This document shows positions 1 to 27,006 of a stretch of 64,000 nucleotides of DNA, one piece after another. The position numbers were made by a program, and so were the translations under genes. Each line of letters starts with the position of its first letter. Position 1 is the stretch's first letter. The DNA comes from the human T2T-CHM13v2.0 reference genome, Homo sapiens: assembly GCF_009914755.1 (NCBI RefSeq), contig NC_060943.1. The stretch is one strand, 5' to 3'. Under the pieces are notes generated by a model. It was not told the DNA's origin and searched no databases. It worked only from the letters and a program-made list of their open reading frames with translations.

Positions 1-19
1 AAAACAACCAACAGCAACA

Positions 20-645
20 AAACAGACAATGTCAAGTGCTGGCAGGGATGTGGAGAAGCCAGAATATTCATGCACTGCTGGTGGGAATGCAAAAATGTGA
101 AATGTGACAGCCACTTTGGAAAACAGATTGGCAGTTTCTTATGGTGAAATATACACTTAGCATGGGATCCAGCAATCCTACTCCTAGTATTAAGGCAATA
201 GAAAGGAAAATCTATATTCACACAAAAATCTGTATATAAATGTGCAGAGCGGCATTATTCATAATCATCCAAAACTACAACAACCCAAATATTCTTCAAG
301 CCATTCATGGATAAACTGGGATACACCATACAACAGAATACCACCTGGCAATAAAAGGTATCACCAATTCATGCTACTTGTGTGAATCTCAAACACATCT
401 TGCCACATCATTTCTGTGCCTTCCTGGAAAAGGCAAAACCATAGGGATGGATCTGTGGTCGCTGGGGTTAGGGAGTGAGGGGAAAAGTCGATTACACAGG
501 GACAGGAGGAGGGAGTATTTCTGTTTGTGGGAGAGCGAACTTTCCAATCTTTATTATGGTGGTAATCAAACAACTTTATCCGTTTGTCAAAACTCAGAGA
601 ACTCTACTCGAAAAAATGAATTTTCCTACATGCAAATTTAAAAAT
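20..645 (+). mobile_element. Old L1M (L1MC/ME-type) 3' ORF2/3'UTR fragment
   Basis: 'caagtgctggcagggatgtggagaa...cactgctggtgggaatgcaaaa...cactttggaaaacagattggcagtttctt...gatccagcaatcctactcctagtat' matches the recalled L1 ORF2 C-terminal consensus. Confidence 0.85.
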
Positions 646-651
646 AAATTG

Positions 652-3230
<2,579 letters not shown>

Positions 3231-5546
3231 TGTTTGGATGATCTCTGAAGGTTTTTGACTCCAATGCACTATTTTAAACAATCCTGGTTGTCTATGTGAC
3301 ATCAGTGATGTTGTTCACATCCGTCGATCATCTAGCGCATATCCAGGGGAGAGAGATGTGTGTGTCTTTATGTGTGACAGAAAAAGAGTGAAGCAGTGAG
3401 GCTGCTTTCCACCAGGCAAGCATGAGAATCACTTTCATTGCACCATGACGGAGCAGGTATTCTAAACCACTTGAGCCAGAGCAAAACTAGAACAGTCAAA
3501 TCTATCTTCAGGCTCAATCTTGACACTTCACACATCATCTGACAGGGCTTGGACCCAATAATGTTTAAGGTCCTTTCCAGATGCAACATTCTGAGTCTTC
3601 CAGGTAAAAAAGGCTTAGGTCATTCAGGAAATGCTCTGCTGCCAGAAAAAACCCAAAGCACCACCTGACCCAGTTATAAATGCCATGCAAGGCAAGGTCT
3701 CAGGTGGACATGGCACCAGCTTCTTCCAAGCCCCTGCCCATGGCCCACAGAAGGGCAGGATGCCTGGCTGGAGCAGCTCCAGCTAAGTGACAATTCCCTT
3801 TCAGCCAGGCTGAGAAGCCCGGGGCAGGAGCAGGTCAGGTGTGGCTGGCCTGTGGCCCAGTCCAGGCACCCCACAGCCCTGCTAAGGGCTCTGGCTTCTT
3901 TCTGGCTGGTCAAGGCCAAAGGCCACTGCAGGGATCTCACACAGAAGTGCAAAGCAACAGGGCATGGCAGGAAAAAACCCTGAGCTCTGGAGCCTGGCAG
4001 GCCCGAGCTGGGCACTAAGTCTCCTGCTCATCAGCTGAACTACTGTGCAGAAGTCGCTCCCCTTCCCAGAGCTTCAGCTTCCTCCACTGGGGATGTCACC
4101 CCTTGCTCCACAGTGCCTGGTACAGTGAGTACCTGTCTCTAGTCCCACTTCATGAACAAAATCAAGGCGAATGTATGTCTCCCCAACCTCCCTGTCTGCA
4201 GCTACAAACACCTTCATCTCCTCTCCTCCTGTCCTTGCCCTCTCTTCAAACCGCCTCCGCCCCCTGAATTACTTCATTTGGTGGCATAGCCCCACCTGTC
4301 CCCCAAGCCACCTCTCTCTAGCCCTTGGACCTAATCAAGCACCATGTCCTGCCAGTTTGACATGTGAGATCTCTCACCGTCCTGCCACCTCTCTGCCACC
4401 ATCCCTATTCAGATTCCTGTCACCTCCTGCTAGACCGACTCCTAAGTGGGATTGCAAACTCAGTGTCTCTAAACCCAGCTTCATCTTCTTCCTCCTAGTC
4501 ACTCCCCTTCCTTGAGTCTGCCTGTTTCTGTTCATGGTGACATGAGTCTGGCCATCGAGCTGTTCAGGATTGTTCCCTCTCCTGTGATTCCTTCCCCTGA
4601 CATAAACGTCTCACTCTTAAAAAAAATTTTTTTTTTTTTTAAGAGATGGGATCTCGCTATGTTGCCCAGGCTGGTCTTGAACTCCTGGCCTTGAGCAATC
4701 TTCCACCTTGGCCTCCCAAGCTGTTGGGGTTACAGGTGTGAGCCACTACACCCAGCCACAGATGTCTGTTTGACAGGTACCTGGATCCAGTCGCTTCTGA
4801 GTAGTCTGCCAATCTTTCCTTTCCCTGGCACAGACAAAATATCAACCACGTGCCAGGCACAGAGCAAAGCATCAGGCATACAAAATATAGAAGCAGTCCC
4901 AGTCCTGACCCTCAAGCGGTTCAGCCATTACGGGGCCACCTCAGTACTGCAACAGCCTGTGACTGGTTTCTCCTTGTCTCCCCCCAGCCTCTCCACCAGG
5001 GTGAGCAGTGAACTAAAACTGCTCAGTAGCCACCCCTGGCCTACCTGCAGGGTAACAGCCAAGCCCTCTGCCCAGTGGACACCTGAGCACTCCTGCCACC
5101 ACTACCCATCTCAGCCTTCTTGTCCCTAAAGAACCCACGTGGTTCTTTGAACACACGATGTTCTCTGAACACTGCGATGTTCCCACCTCCGGGCTTGGCT
5201 GTATCCTAAAAAGCCCCACCCTATTGTCTTTGCCTGGTTAGCTCCTCCCCACCGCTACTGCCTCCTCTCCTCCAGGAAGCATTCTGGGCTCTCCTGTGCC
5301 CACCCAGGTCCCTTTTCTGGGCTTCCACATCAGCCAGGGCATAATTCTCACAGCACTCATCAGAGTGGGCTGAGATGACCTACACACATCATGCACACTC
5401 TCCAGAGCCTAGCGGGGGCCCAGGACACAGCAGCGGAGCAGGGAGAGTCGTTCAGAGGAGGGAGCGAGCCTCACTTCCCTCCCACAGGCTGGCTTCCGTT
5501 GGTCTTCCCCTGACCCACAGCTCGGGTCGGCCGCACCGCCTCGCTA

Positions 5547-5560
5547 CTGCCACCTAGGGG
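5547..5560 (-). promoter_or_regulatory. CTCF core motif
   Basis: Minus strand CCCCTAGGTGGCAG matches CCASYAGRKGGCRS at 13/14; lies in a small CpG-rich patch (5520-5590). Confidence 0.65.
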
Positions 5561-6098
5561 CGCCAGCCGGGCGCTGCGCTTCTCTCGCCATTCAGCCTTG
5601 AATTCGATTCAATAAACTGAATGGGATGGGAACACTAAGGAGGGAACAGTTGATTCCGGTGCGGGTGGAGGAAGAGTGGCAGTCAGACGAGGCTTCAAAC
5701 GGCCAGTGAGCTCTGGGCTGAGCCATGGAGCATAAGCAAAGGATCTCCAGGTGGAAGAGATCTGTCTCCAGGTGGAGGCTGCAACAGGCAGGGAGGGTTA
5801 GAGTTTGGGGTCTACGTGCAGGGGCGGGGAGGGTTAGGGTGTGAAGGAACTGGCACTCCAAACTAAGGGCTTCTAGCTTTATCTTTTAAGCCACCAGAGA
5901 GGTCAAGAAAACGTGTCTTTTTTCTGCACAAAGATTTTAAATCAGAAGGGATACAATTAGATGTGCATTTACAGAACAGAACTCCTGCTGGAGTGTGGAA
6001 AGAGGGAAGAGATGGGAAGCGGAGAGTGAGAGAGGCAAGAAATTTTCATAAAGTTTTTTCATAATTCTCTCATTTCTTTTACTTGAAATAGCACCATG

Positions 6099-6771
<673 letters not shown>

Positions 6772-6937
6772 TCAACATAAACAGTATTATTTCCTTCCAC
6801 ATTTGAGACGTTCGTGTATCTCAACCTCTTTGTGGGCCTCGAAGTTGCAGAATTTGATAATAGATCCCAGCACAGAACTTTGCACACAGAAAATATTCGA
6901 TGACAACTGGAGTGCCCTGGAGCCTTGTGATTATAGG

Positions 6938-7330
6938 AGCAGTACAATCGAGTGGTTAAGAGTAAGGGTTTTGAATCAGAGGGCCCGAGTTCAAACCCTG
7001 GCGCAGCCACTTTAGTGCATGAGACTGGTCACATCAAGTGACCCATCTAAGCCTCAGTTTCTTCATCTCTAAAATGGAAATTAATGGAAATTATAACATC
7101 ACCTGCCTCAAGGACTGCAGACAAACGTCCACAAAGTGTCAAGCACATAGTAAATCCTCAATAAATACTGGTGGCTATGTACAACATCATTTATTCAGTG
7201 CCTACCAGGCACAGACCACGCACAACGCAACGGGATTTCCACCCTCTTCAATTTGCACCACACTTTTGTCCTTCCCATTTTATAGATAAGAAAACTAAGG
7301 CTCAACAGAGTCAAGCTTGTTCGAGGTCTT
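6938..7330. mobile_element. Two MIR SINEs, tail to tail
   Basis: 'gtggttaagag...gagttcaaaccctgg...gcctcagtttcttcatctctaaaatgg' (+) and 'cccattttatagataagaaaactaaggctca' (-). Confidence 0.8.
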
Positions 7331-7384
7331 GGGAGCATCTCCCAGGGCATTAGAACTTTTGGAGGAAGAGCATTTAGTTCAGTA

Positions 7385-7635
7385 ATGGTTCTCACCTGTG
7401 CGTGTGAGAGTGGAAGAGACCCCTCCCCCGCAACCCGAGCCATCTGGCAATGTTTGGAGATACTTTTGATCCTCACGACTTGGAGCATGGGGATACTGCT
7501 GGCATCTAGTGGGTAGAGGCCAGGAATACGGCTCAACTTCCTACATTGCACAGGGAAGCCCCCACTACCACCACAACCAAAAACTATCTGACCCCAAACA
7601 TCAGTAGGGCCAACGTCGAGAAACCCTGCTCTAGA
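7385..7635 (+). mobile_element. MER20 (hAT-Charlie) DNA transposon
   Basis: 'tggttctca...ggcaatgtttggaga...ctgctggcatctagtgggtagaggccagg...gagaaaccctg'. Confidence 0.85.
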
Positions 7636-8489
7636 CAGATCATTCTCCTCATCTTCCCATTTCTGGCCATCCGGATCTTAGATGAACACTTTCTAGCAAG
7701 GGGGCTCAGTCCCACCACGGGAAGCCCATGCAGAAGTTGTGCAGAAGTTCTTCTCCACCTGCCCTGCACACAGTAGGGACCAAAACCCATTTTAACAAGC
7801 CCCGCAGCCCAGAGCACCGGAAAAGGAAGGAAGGGCATCCATCCCCCATTGTTCAACTGTGTGCAGCTTGTGTTTCCAACAGGCACACACACATATTTTA
7901 CAAATCCTAACGTCCCACGCCCCACAAACAGCTTTGTTAGAGATGGCGCTCAAAAAAAGATGCAGTTTAGATTTTTTTTTTCCCCCAGGACTCCCGTGTA
8001 TCTACTGAAGGGTTTGCACACTTCTCAAAGGACCTCGCACCGGCCGCGGTGCTCTGACAACGACCACAAAAGAATCTGTGGGATTTCCCGGGGGAGCAAG
8101 CCCGTGGGCCGTGACCTCTGCGCGCTCAAAGCGTTCCCGGCGCTCCCCCGTAGCTGGCCCCACTCTCCCGCCCCCGGAGCCCGGGCTTCCAAGGCGACCG
8201 GGGCCCCCGGCCGTGCAGCCCGGCCCCCCGGCGCATGCCCACGCCGTATCCCCCTCGCCCGTCCCTCGAGGCGCCAGAGGAATCCGGCCCCGGGGCCTGT
8301 AGCCGGCGCCCACACCGGCCCGCCCCGACCCGCCCGCCGCGGCCCCAGCGCGCGTCCCCTCCCCCGGTCCGGCGCGGCCTGGGCCTCGGCCGGTGCAGGC
8401 CCGCGGGCGCCCCGCGGCCAGGCCAGGCGAGCTCAGGCCTGCCGCGGCCTACCCCGTCGGGCGCCGCCGAAGGCCCCCCACCGCCTCAC

Positions 8490-8645
8490 CTGGATGCGGG
8501 CGGGCGGGCCCGGGGCTGCTCCGGGGCGGGCGGGAGGCGGCGGCGGCGCGGCGCTAACGGCTCCGCTCGGCCTCGGTAGCGGTGGCGGCGGTGGCGGCGA
8601 CGGCGACGGCGGCAGCGGCTCCTCCTCAGCGCGCACGACCCGCTC
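8490..8645 (-). other. ELAVL1: ELAVL1 (HuR) exon 1, non-coding 5'UTR
   Basis: Reverse complement reads GGTCGTGCGCGCTGAGGAGGAGCCGCTGCCGCC...GCCCGCCCGCATCCAG|GTGAGG, matching the recalled HuR mRNA leader (...CGCATCCAG|ATTTTTGAAAAATACAATG); ELAVL1-CCL25 adjacency is consistent. TSS approximate. Confidence 0.9.
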
Positions 8646-8685
8646 CGGCCCGCGGCCCGGACACGCCCCCCCCGCGCGCGAGCCC

Positions 8686-8721
8686 ATTGGCCGACGTCCG
8701 CCACGGCGCGCTGCTCATTGG
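8686..8721 (-). promoter_or_regulatory. Tandem CCAAT boxes (NF-Y), 31 bp apart
   Basis: ATTGG at 8686-8690 and 8717-8721, about 45 and 75 nt upstream of the ELAVL1 TSS. Confidence 0.75.
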
Positions 8722-8760
8722 CCGGCGTAGCTGTCGCGGCGCTCCGGGGCGCGCGGGAGA

Positions 8761-8775
8761 GGCGGGACTTCCGGT
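8761..8775 (-). promoter_or_regulatory. ETS/GABP site (ACCGGAAGT) overlapping an E2F-like GGCGGGA
   Basis: Plus 'ggcgggacttccggt'; canonical CCGGAAGT on minus. Confidence 0.7.
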
Positions 8776-8959
8776 CGGCGCCGCCTGCGAAGTGCTCCGC
8801 GGCCGGCGGAGACGCGGGCAGCCAGCGATGGCCGCGGAGGGGGCGAACTGGGTTCCGGCCCTCGGAGGCTGACGGAAGGCGGTGGCTGAGGAGCGGCGCC
8901 TCTGGTTGAGCGCTCGCCGTGTGTCCCGCACCTGTCTGTCCTGCCGCCGCCCGGTAAGG

Positions 8960-9090
8960 TAGGAAAGGTCAGCGCGCCGGGGTTACGGGTACAGAACCTG
9001 GGTTCGAATCCCGGCCCCGACGTTTCCGCACTACGTGCCGTTGGGCAGGAGCTGACGTCACCTTGCCGGGCCTCAGTTTCCTTCTCTGGT
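8960..9090 (+). mobile_element. MIR remnant inside the CpG island with intact Pol III B-box
   Basis: 'cctgggttcgaatcccggc...ttgggcag...gcctcagtttccttctct' follows the MIR consensus; B-box GGTTCGAATCC at 9001-9011. Confidence 0.75.
9053..9060. promoter_or_regulatory. Full palindromic CRE (TGACGTCA)
   Basis: Exact 8-mer inside the CpG island, ~400 bp from the ELAVL1 TSS. Confidence 0.6.
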
Positions 9091-9279
9091 GCGCTGAGGA
9101 GGCGGGGCATGGAACGTGGTCAGCGCTTCATCGGTGCTGGCTCTTTGAGCAAGCCAGTTCCCGAAGGCTCAGCATCTCATTCATTCATTAAAATGTCATT
9201 GAGCGCCTACTGTGTGTCAATCACTGTATGGGCAGTGAGCAGAAAAAAAATACCTGGTCTTATTGGGCTAACATTCTAA

Positions 9280-11705
<2,426 letters not shown>

Positions 11706-11885
11706 TAGATGGGGAGTCAGAAGAGAAACCAAGTGATTTCCATGTCAAGTGGTGAACAGGCTAAGAAGAAAAGTAAATTGGGGAAAGAGCATGGGGAATG
11801 TGGGGGTTGCTGTTTGAAAGAGGATGGTTGGGAAGGCTGAAGAGCTGTCATTCGCAGAGGGACCCAAAAGAGGTGAGAGCACTGA

Positions 11886-13300
<1,415 letters not shown>

Positions 13301-13471
13301 AGGCTTGGTATAGTGTTGACAAGTCCTCTGAATTAAGTGGGTCCTTCATGGCAAATGCTTTATGGACATCCTCCTGTGAAATCCTAGAAATAGGCCAGGT
13401 GTGGTGGCTCACGCTTATAATCCCAGCACTTTGGGAAGCCGAGGCGGGCAGATCACGAGGTCAGCAGTTCA

Positions 13472-13705
<234 letters not shown>

Positions 13706-13916
13706 TTAAACTGAGATTGGGGTGATGGGCAACAGAGTGAGACTCTGTCTCAAAAAAAAAAAGACCTTATTTTTTAGAAAAATTTAGACCCAGCACAGTG
13801 GTTCACACCTGTAATCCCAGCACTTTGGGAGGCTGAGGCAGCAGGATCTCTTGAGGCCGGGAGTTTGAGACCAACCCAGGTAATATAGCAAGACCCCCAT
13901 CTCTAGTAAAAATTTA

Positions 13917-14063
<147 letters not shown>

Positions 14064-14099
14064 CTATCTCAAAAAAAAAAAAAAAAAAAAAGAAAAAAG

Positions 14100-17594
<3,495 letters not shown>

Positions 17595-17746
17595 TGATCC
17601 ACTCACCTTGGTCTCCTGAAGTGCTGGGATTACAGGCGTGAGCCACCAAACCCAGCATCAATAGCTCTTTTCTTTTCTTTTTCTTTTTTTTTTTCGTTTT
17701 TGTGAAAGGGTCTGCACTCACCAGCAGTGTGACCTTGGGCGAGTCA

Positions 17747-18208
<462 letters not shown>

Positions 18209-18214
18209 CTACTA

Positions 18215-18373
<159 letters not shown>

Positions 18374-18412
18374 TCAAAAAATAAAATAAATAAAATGGGG
18401 GTGATCACAGTA

Positions 18413-19122
<710 letters not shown>

Positions 19123-19424
19123 CACTTCCTGAGGGCACTGTGAGAACTAAGTTAAATAACCCACTTTTACAATCTTTGGAACCGGGGGCAGGTGGCTGGG
19201 GCTCACACCTGTAATTACAGCACTTTGGGAGGCTGAGGCAGGAAGATCCCTTGAGGCCAAGAGTTTGAGACCAGCCTGGGCAACAAAGCAAGACTCTGTC
19301 TCTACAAAAATTTTTAAAACTTAACCAGGCAGCTGGGCGCGGTGGCTCACGCCTGTAATCCCAGCACTTCGGGAGGCCGAGGCGGGAGGATCACAAGGTC
19401 AGGAGATCGAGACCATCCTGGCTA

Positions 19425-19697
<273 letters not shown>

Positions 19698-19975
19698 TCA
19701 GAAGTTTGAGGTTGCCATGAGCCGTGATCGTGCCACTGCACTCCAGCCTGGGTGACAGCAAGACCCTGTCTCTAAAAAAAATTTTCTAAAAAAACAAAAC
19801 CCAGGTCTGCTTGGTCTCAAAGATCTTTATTTGCCTGCTCTGATTGTGAGATAGGAAGTTCTTATCTGATTTTGCCCTTTTATTTATTTATTTTTTTTTG
19901 AGATGGAGTCTGTCTCTGTCATCCAGGCTAGAGTGCAGTGGCACAATCTTGGCTCACTGCAACCTCCGCTGATAG

Positions 19976-20345
<370 letters not shown>

Positions 20346-20794
20346 TAGGAATCGGCCACGGTAGTTCGGGGTACTCTTGCTGTCCCTCTCAGTCCCTGTC
20401 TGTTCCTTCAGCACAAGCTATTGTGAGTCCAGGAGGTCAGGAGACAGAGAAGCTGACTGAGCCCAAGTCCCTGTTCTAGAGGACATCACTGCCCTGAGGC
20501 AACGATGGACACGTGGACACATAAATCCACCCAACGTGACAAGGGACGGGCACAGATCGGCCTCCCATGGAGGGCAGTGTTGGGGCCACATTAATCCATG
20601 AGGAAGGGTCGGCTAGGCAGAGAAGAGAGGTGGGGAGTTCCAGACAGAGGGACCGGCAGGAGTAACGGCACAAATTTGTCAGGGAGGATCATTCAGGGAG
20701 CAGGGGTGCCGGTTCGGAGGGGAGATCACAGTGAGGTGGCACTGGCCTTGAGGAGCCCTGGAAAGTCGGGCAGAGAAGATCTGATGTGATCCCA

Positions 20795-21250
20795 TAGCCC
20801 ACGTAGTCAGCCCACAACAGCCTGATTCAGCCCATGCCTGTTTTCCGGCGGCCCGTGAGCCAAGAATGATTTTTCCACAGTTGGAAAAATAACAGTAGCG
20901 TTTTGTGACATGTGAAAATTACATGAAATGCAAGTTTCAGCGTCCATAAAGTTTGACAGTAACACAGCCACGCCTCTCCTTTGTGTGTGGCCAGGGGACG
21001 CTCTTGAGCTGTCATAGAGGCGGAAGTGGTGCACAGGACGCGCTTCATGGATGTGCACACTGCCTCACACGGGGCCCTGCCCTTCCACTGTCCCTGTTCT
21101 GAAGTTCTTTATGATTGAAGGGCCCCAGGTTTTTATTTTGCATCAGACCATGCACATTATGTCATGTAGGGTACACAGCAACAGAGACCGTGTGCCCTAG
21201 AAAGCCCCGAGTATTTGCTGTGAAGCCCTTTTCAGAAAACACTGGTGGAT
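20795..21250 (+). mobile_element. MER58B with a nested MER91A-like element (~21033-21165)
   Basis: 'ggcccgtgagccaagaatg...gtgaaaattacatgaaat...aacacagccac' and 'gggccccagg...ttttgca...attatgt'. Confidence 0.6.
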
Positions 21251-21254
21251 CCCC

Positions 21255-22912
<1,658 letters not shown>

Positions 22913-23117
22913 AAAGGGGGTGGGCATTGAAAATTTATTGGCCGGGCGCGGTGGATCACGCCTGTAATCCCAGCACTTTGGGAGGCTGAGGTGGGCAGAT
23001 CACTTGAGGTCAGGAGTTCAAGACCAGCCTGGCCAACATGGTGAAACCCCATCTCTACTAAAAATACAAAAATTAGCCGGGCTTGGTGGCGGGCGCCTGT
23101 AATTCCAGCTACTCTCA

Positions 23118-23222
<105 letters not shown>

Positions 23223-23521
23223 TCAAACAATATATATAAAAATACAAATACAAGTACAAAAATTAGCCGGGCATGGTGGCACATGCCTGTAATCCCAGCT
23301 ACTTGGGAGGCTGAGGCAGGAGAAAGGCAGGAGAATCGCTTGGACCCAGGAGTCGGAGGTTGCTGTGAGGTGAGATCGTGCCACTGCACTCCAGCTTGGG
23401 CGACAGAGTGAGATCTGTCTTGAACAAACAAACAAACAAACAAAGAATTTATCTTTTAACTGAAAGAGTTTAAAACTGAGAGACTTACGTGAGTCTCTCT
23501 CTCTTTTTTTTTTTTTTTTGA

Positions 23522-23976
<455 letters not shown>

Positions 23977-25614
23977 TGAGAAGGGGGAGGCCTCCAGGGA
24001 GGCCATCTAGACAACTGAAAGAGAGACGGCAAAGTGGACTGGTGGCCGGAGGAGTGCTGGAGGGTTCTGGAGAGAAGGAGGCTGATTCCAGATGTTTAAG
24101 ATGTGGGGTCAGCAGGACCCTGGGTGACCAGTGAAATGTGGAGAAGGTGGCAGCCAGGTCAATTAGAGACAGATGTGGAGGAAAGCCATTCTCTCTCAGA
24201 ATTCTGGAGGGTTCCATATATGGGATGGAGTTATTCTGGGGACATCATAAGAAATGGGTGTGCCTGTCAGGCGAGCAGTTCACTTGTCAGCCCCCACACA
24301 GAGCTGAAGCATCATAGCCCACCCCAGTTCACTGCCCACTCTGAAAACAGAAGCCGGGCAAGCTCCAAAAAGCCGGAAGAACCTTCTAGAAGCCCTGTGT
24401 TCTTCTGAGGCCCAACTTCAATCTGATGCCATCTCAAGCGCCAGTGAGATCGGTCATAGAAGATTAGAGGCTTTATTTTTTCTCAGGCAGTTGAGTTTAT
24501 TTTCAGGTTAGCAGCAGTTTGGAGTTCGCTTCCTGGATGAGGTCAGAGTTGGAGGGGCAGGTGGCCACAGTGTGCTGTGTGCAGAGTCCTTGCAGCCACG
24601 ACACTTTGGCCGTTCTACCTTGTGCACAGTTCTGTCTCAAAGAGACTGGCCCCAAAGCAGGCACAGAAATACCAGGCTTACTTACTTACTTACTTTATTT
24701 ATTTGTTTATTTTTGAGATGGAGTCTCACTCTGTCGCCAGGCTGGAGTGATCTCGGCTCACTGTAACCTCCGCATCCTGGGTTCAAGCGATTCTCGTGCC
24801 TCAGCCTCCTGAGTAGCTGGGATTACAGGCACGTGCCACCACACCCAGCTAATTTTAGTGTTTTTAGTAGAGATGGGGGTTTCACCCTGTTGGCCAGGAT
24901 GGTCTTGATCTCCTGACCTCATGATCCGCCTGCCTCGGCCTCCCAAAGTGCTGGGATTATAGGCGTGAGCCACCGCGCCTGGCCTATTTATTTATTTAAG
25001 ACAGGGTCTTGCTCTGTCACCCAGGCTGGAGTGCAGTGGCATGATCTCTGCCCACGGCAACCTCTGCGTCCCAGATTCAAGCGATTCTCTTGCTTCAGCC
25101 TCCTGAGTGGTTGAGATTACAGGTACCCGCCACCATGCCCGGCTAATTTTTTTGTATTTTTAGTAGAGACGGGGTTTCACCATGTTGGGCAGTCTGGTCG
25201 CGAACTCCTGATCTCAAATGATCGGCCCGCCTCAGCCTCCTAAAGTGCTGGAATTACAGGTGTGAGCCACCGTGCCTGGCCACCAGGCTTAACTTTAGGA
25301 ATTACTTCACTTTCCCCAGCCGCAGTTCGTTTATTTGTACAAGGCAGGCAGTACCGGTGCCACCACCTCGAGAGCCTGTTTAAAGCAGGCACCGAGCAGG
25401 GCACTTAACGCACCTTCTTGGTGGCTGTCCAGTAAACAACGTGGGGGTCAGCGACCCAGAGGGCAGCACAGACCTCTCCACCGCTTGTCACAGAATTGCA
25501 GCCTCTCTAACACCACGCACAAGATAACACGGGTCACTGGCCTCAGCCAGCTCGGGACGTTTTCCAGAGTTCACTTTCTGGATCCTACCTATAACCCTTC
25601 CATTCCTCTCTCTT

Positions 25615-25645
<31 letters not shown>

Positions 25646-25652
25646 CTCTCTC

Positions 25653-25691
<39 letters not shown>

Positions 25692-25912
25692 GAGATAGAG
25701 TGTTGCTCTGTCGCCCAGGTTAGAGTACAGTGGCGTGATCCCGGCTCACTGCAAGCTTCGCCTCCCGGGTTCACGCCATTCTCCTGCCTCACCCCCCAAG
25801 TAGCTGGGACTACAGGCACCCACCACCACGCCCAGCTAATTTTTTGTATTTTTTAGTAGAGACGGGGTTTCGCTGTGTTAGCCAGGATGGTCTCGATCTC
25901 CTGACCTTGTGA

Positions 25913-26233
<321 letters not shown>

Positions 26234-26700
26234 TAGTAGAGATGGGATATCTCCGTGTTGGCCATGCTGGTCTCAAACCCCTGACCTCAAGTGATCTACC
26301 TGTCTCGGCCTCCGAAAGTGCTGAGATTACAGGTGTGAGCCACTATGCCCGGTCTCCAGAATATTTTCATCGCCCCAGAAAGAAACCCTGTACCCATTAC
26401 CTGTCACTCCCCATCCCTGGAACCCACTGGTCTACTTCCTGACTCCACGGATTTTTTTACTCCGGATACTTCATATAAATGGAATCTTATCCAGTGCATT
26501 ATTTTGTGTCTGGCTTCTTTCACTGAGCATGTTTTTAAGGTTCACGTGCTATTGTAGAAGGAGTTAGTACTTCATTCCTTTTCAGGGTTGAATGTAATTT
26601 CATCCTATGCCGGAGGCTGAGTCAGGAGTGTTACTTGAAGCCAGGAGTTCCCTTAGGCAACATAGCAAGACTCTAACTTTAAAACATCTTTGAAAAATTA

Positions 26701-27006
<306 letters not shown>

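Larger units (their letters stand above)
8030..9120. promoter_or_regulatory. ELAVL1: CpG island / ELAVL1 promoter (likely bidirectional)
   Basis: Very high GC and CpG density surrounding exon 1; TATA-less; GC boxes, CCAAT, ETS and CRE motifs. Confidence 0.95.

Noticed and set aside
7849-8730. 293-aa plus-strand ORF and other overlapping ORFs across the CpG island
   Set aside because: Non-ATG start, low-complexity Pro/Ala/Arg/Gly content; stop codons are depleted in all frames by the GC content; ELAVL1 exon 1 is non-coding
8990-9020. tRNA-like T-loop sequence GGTTCGAATCCC
   Set aside because: No acceptor, D or anticodon stems; context matches the tRNA-derived head of a MIR
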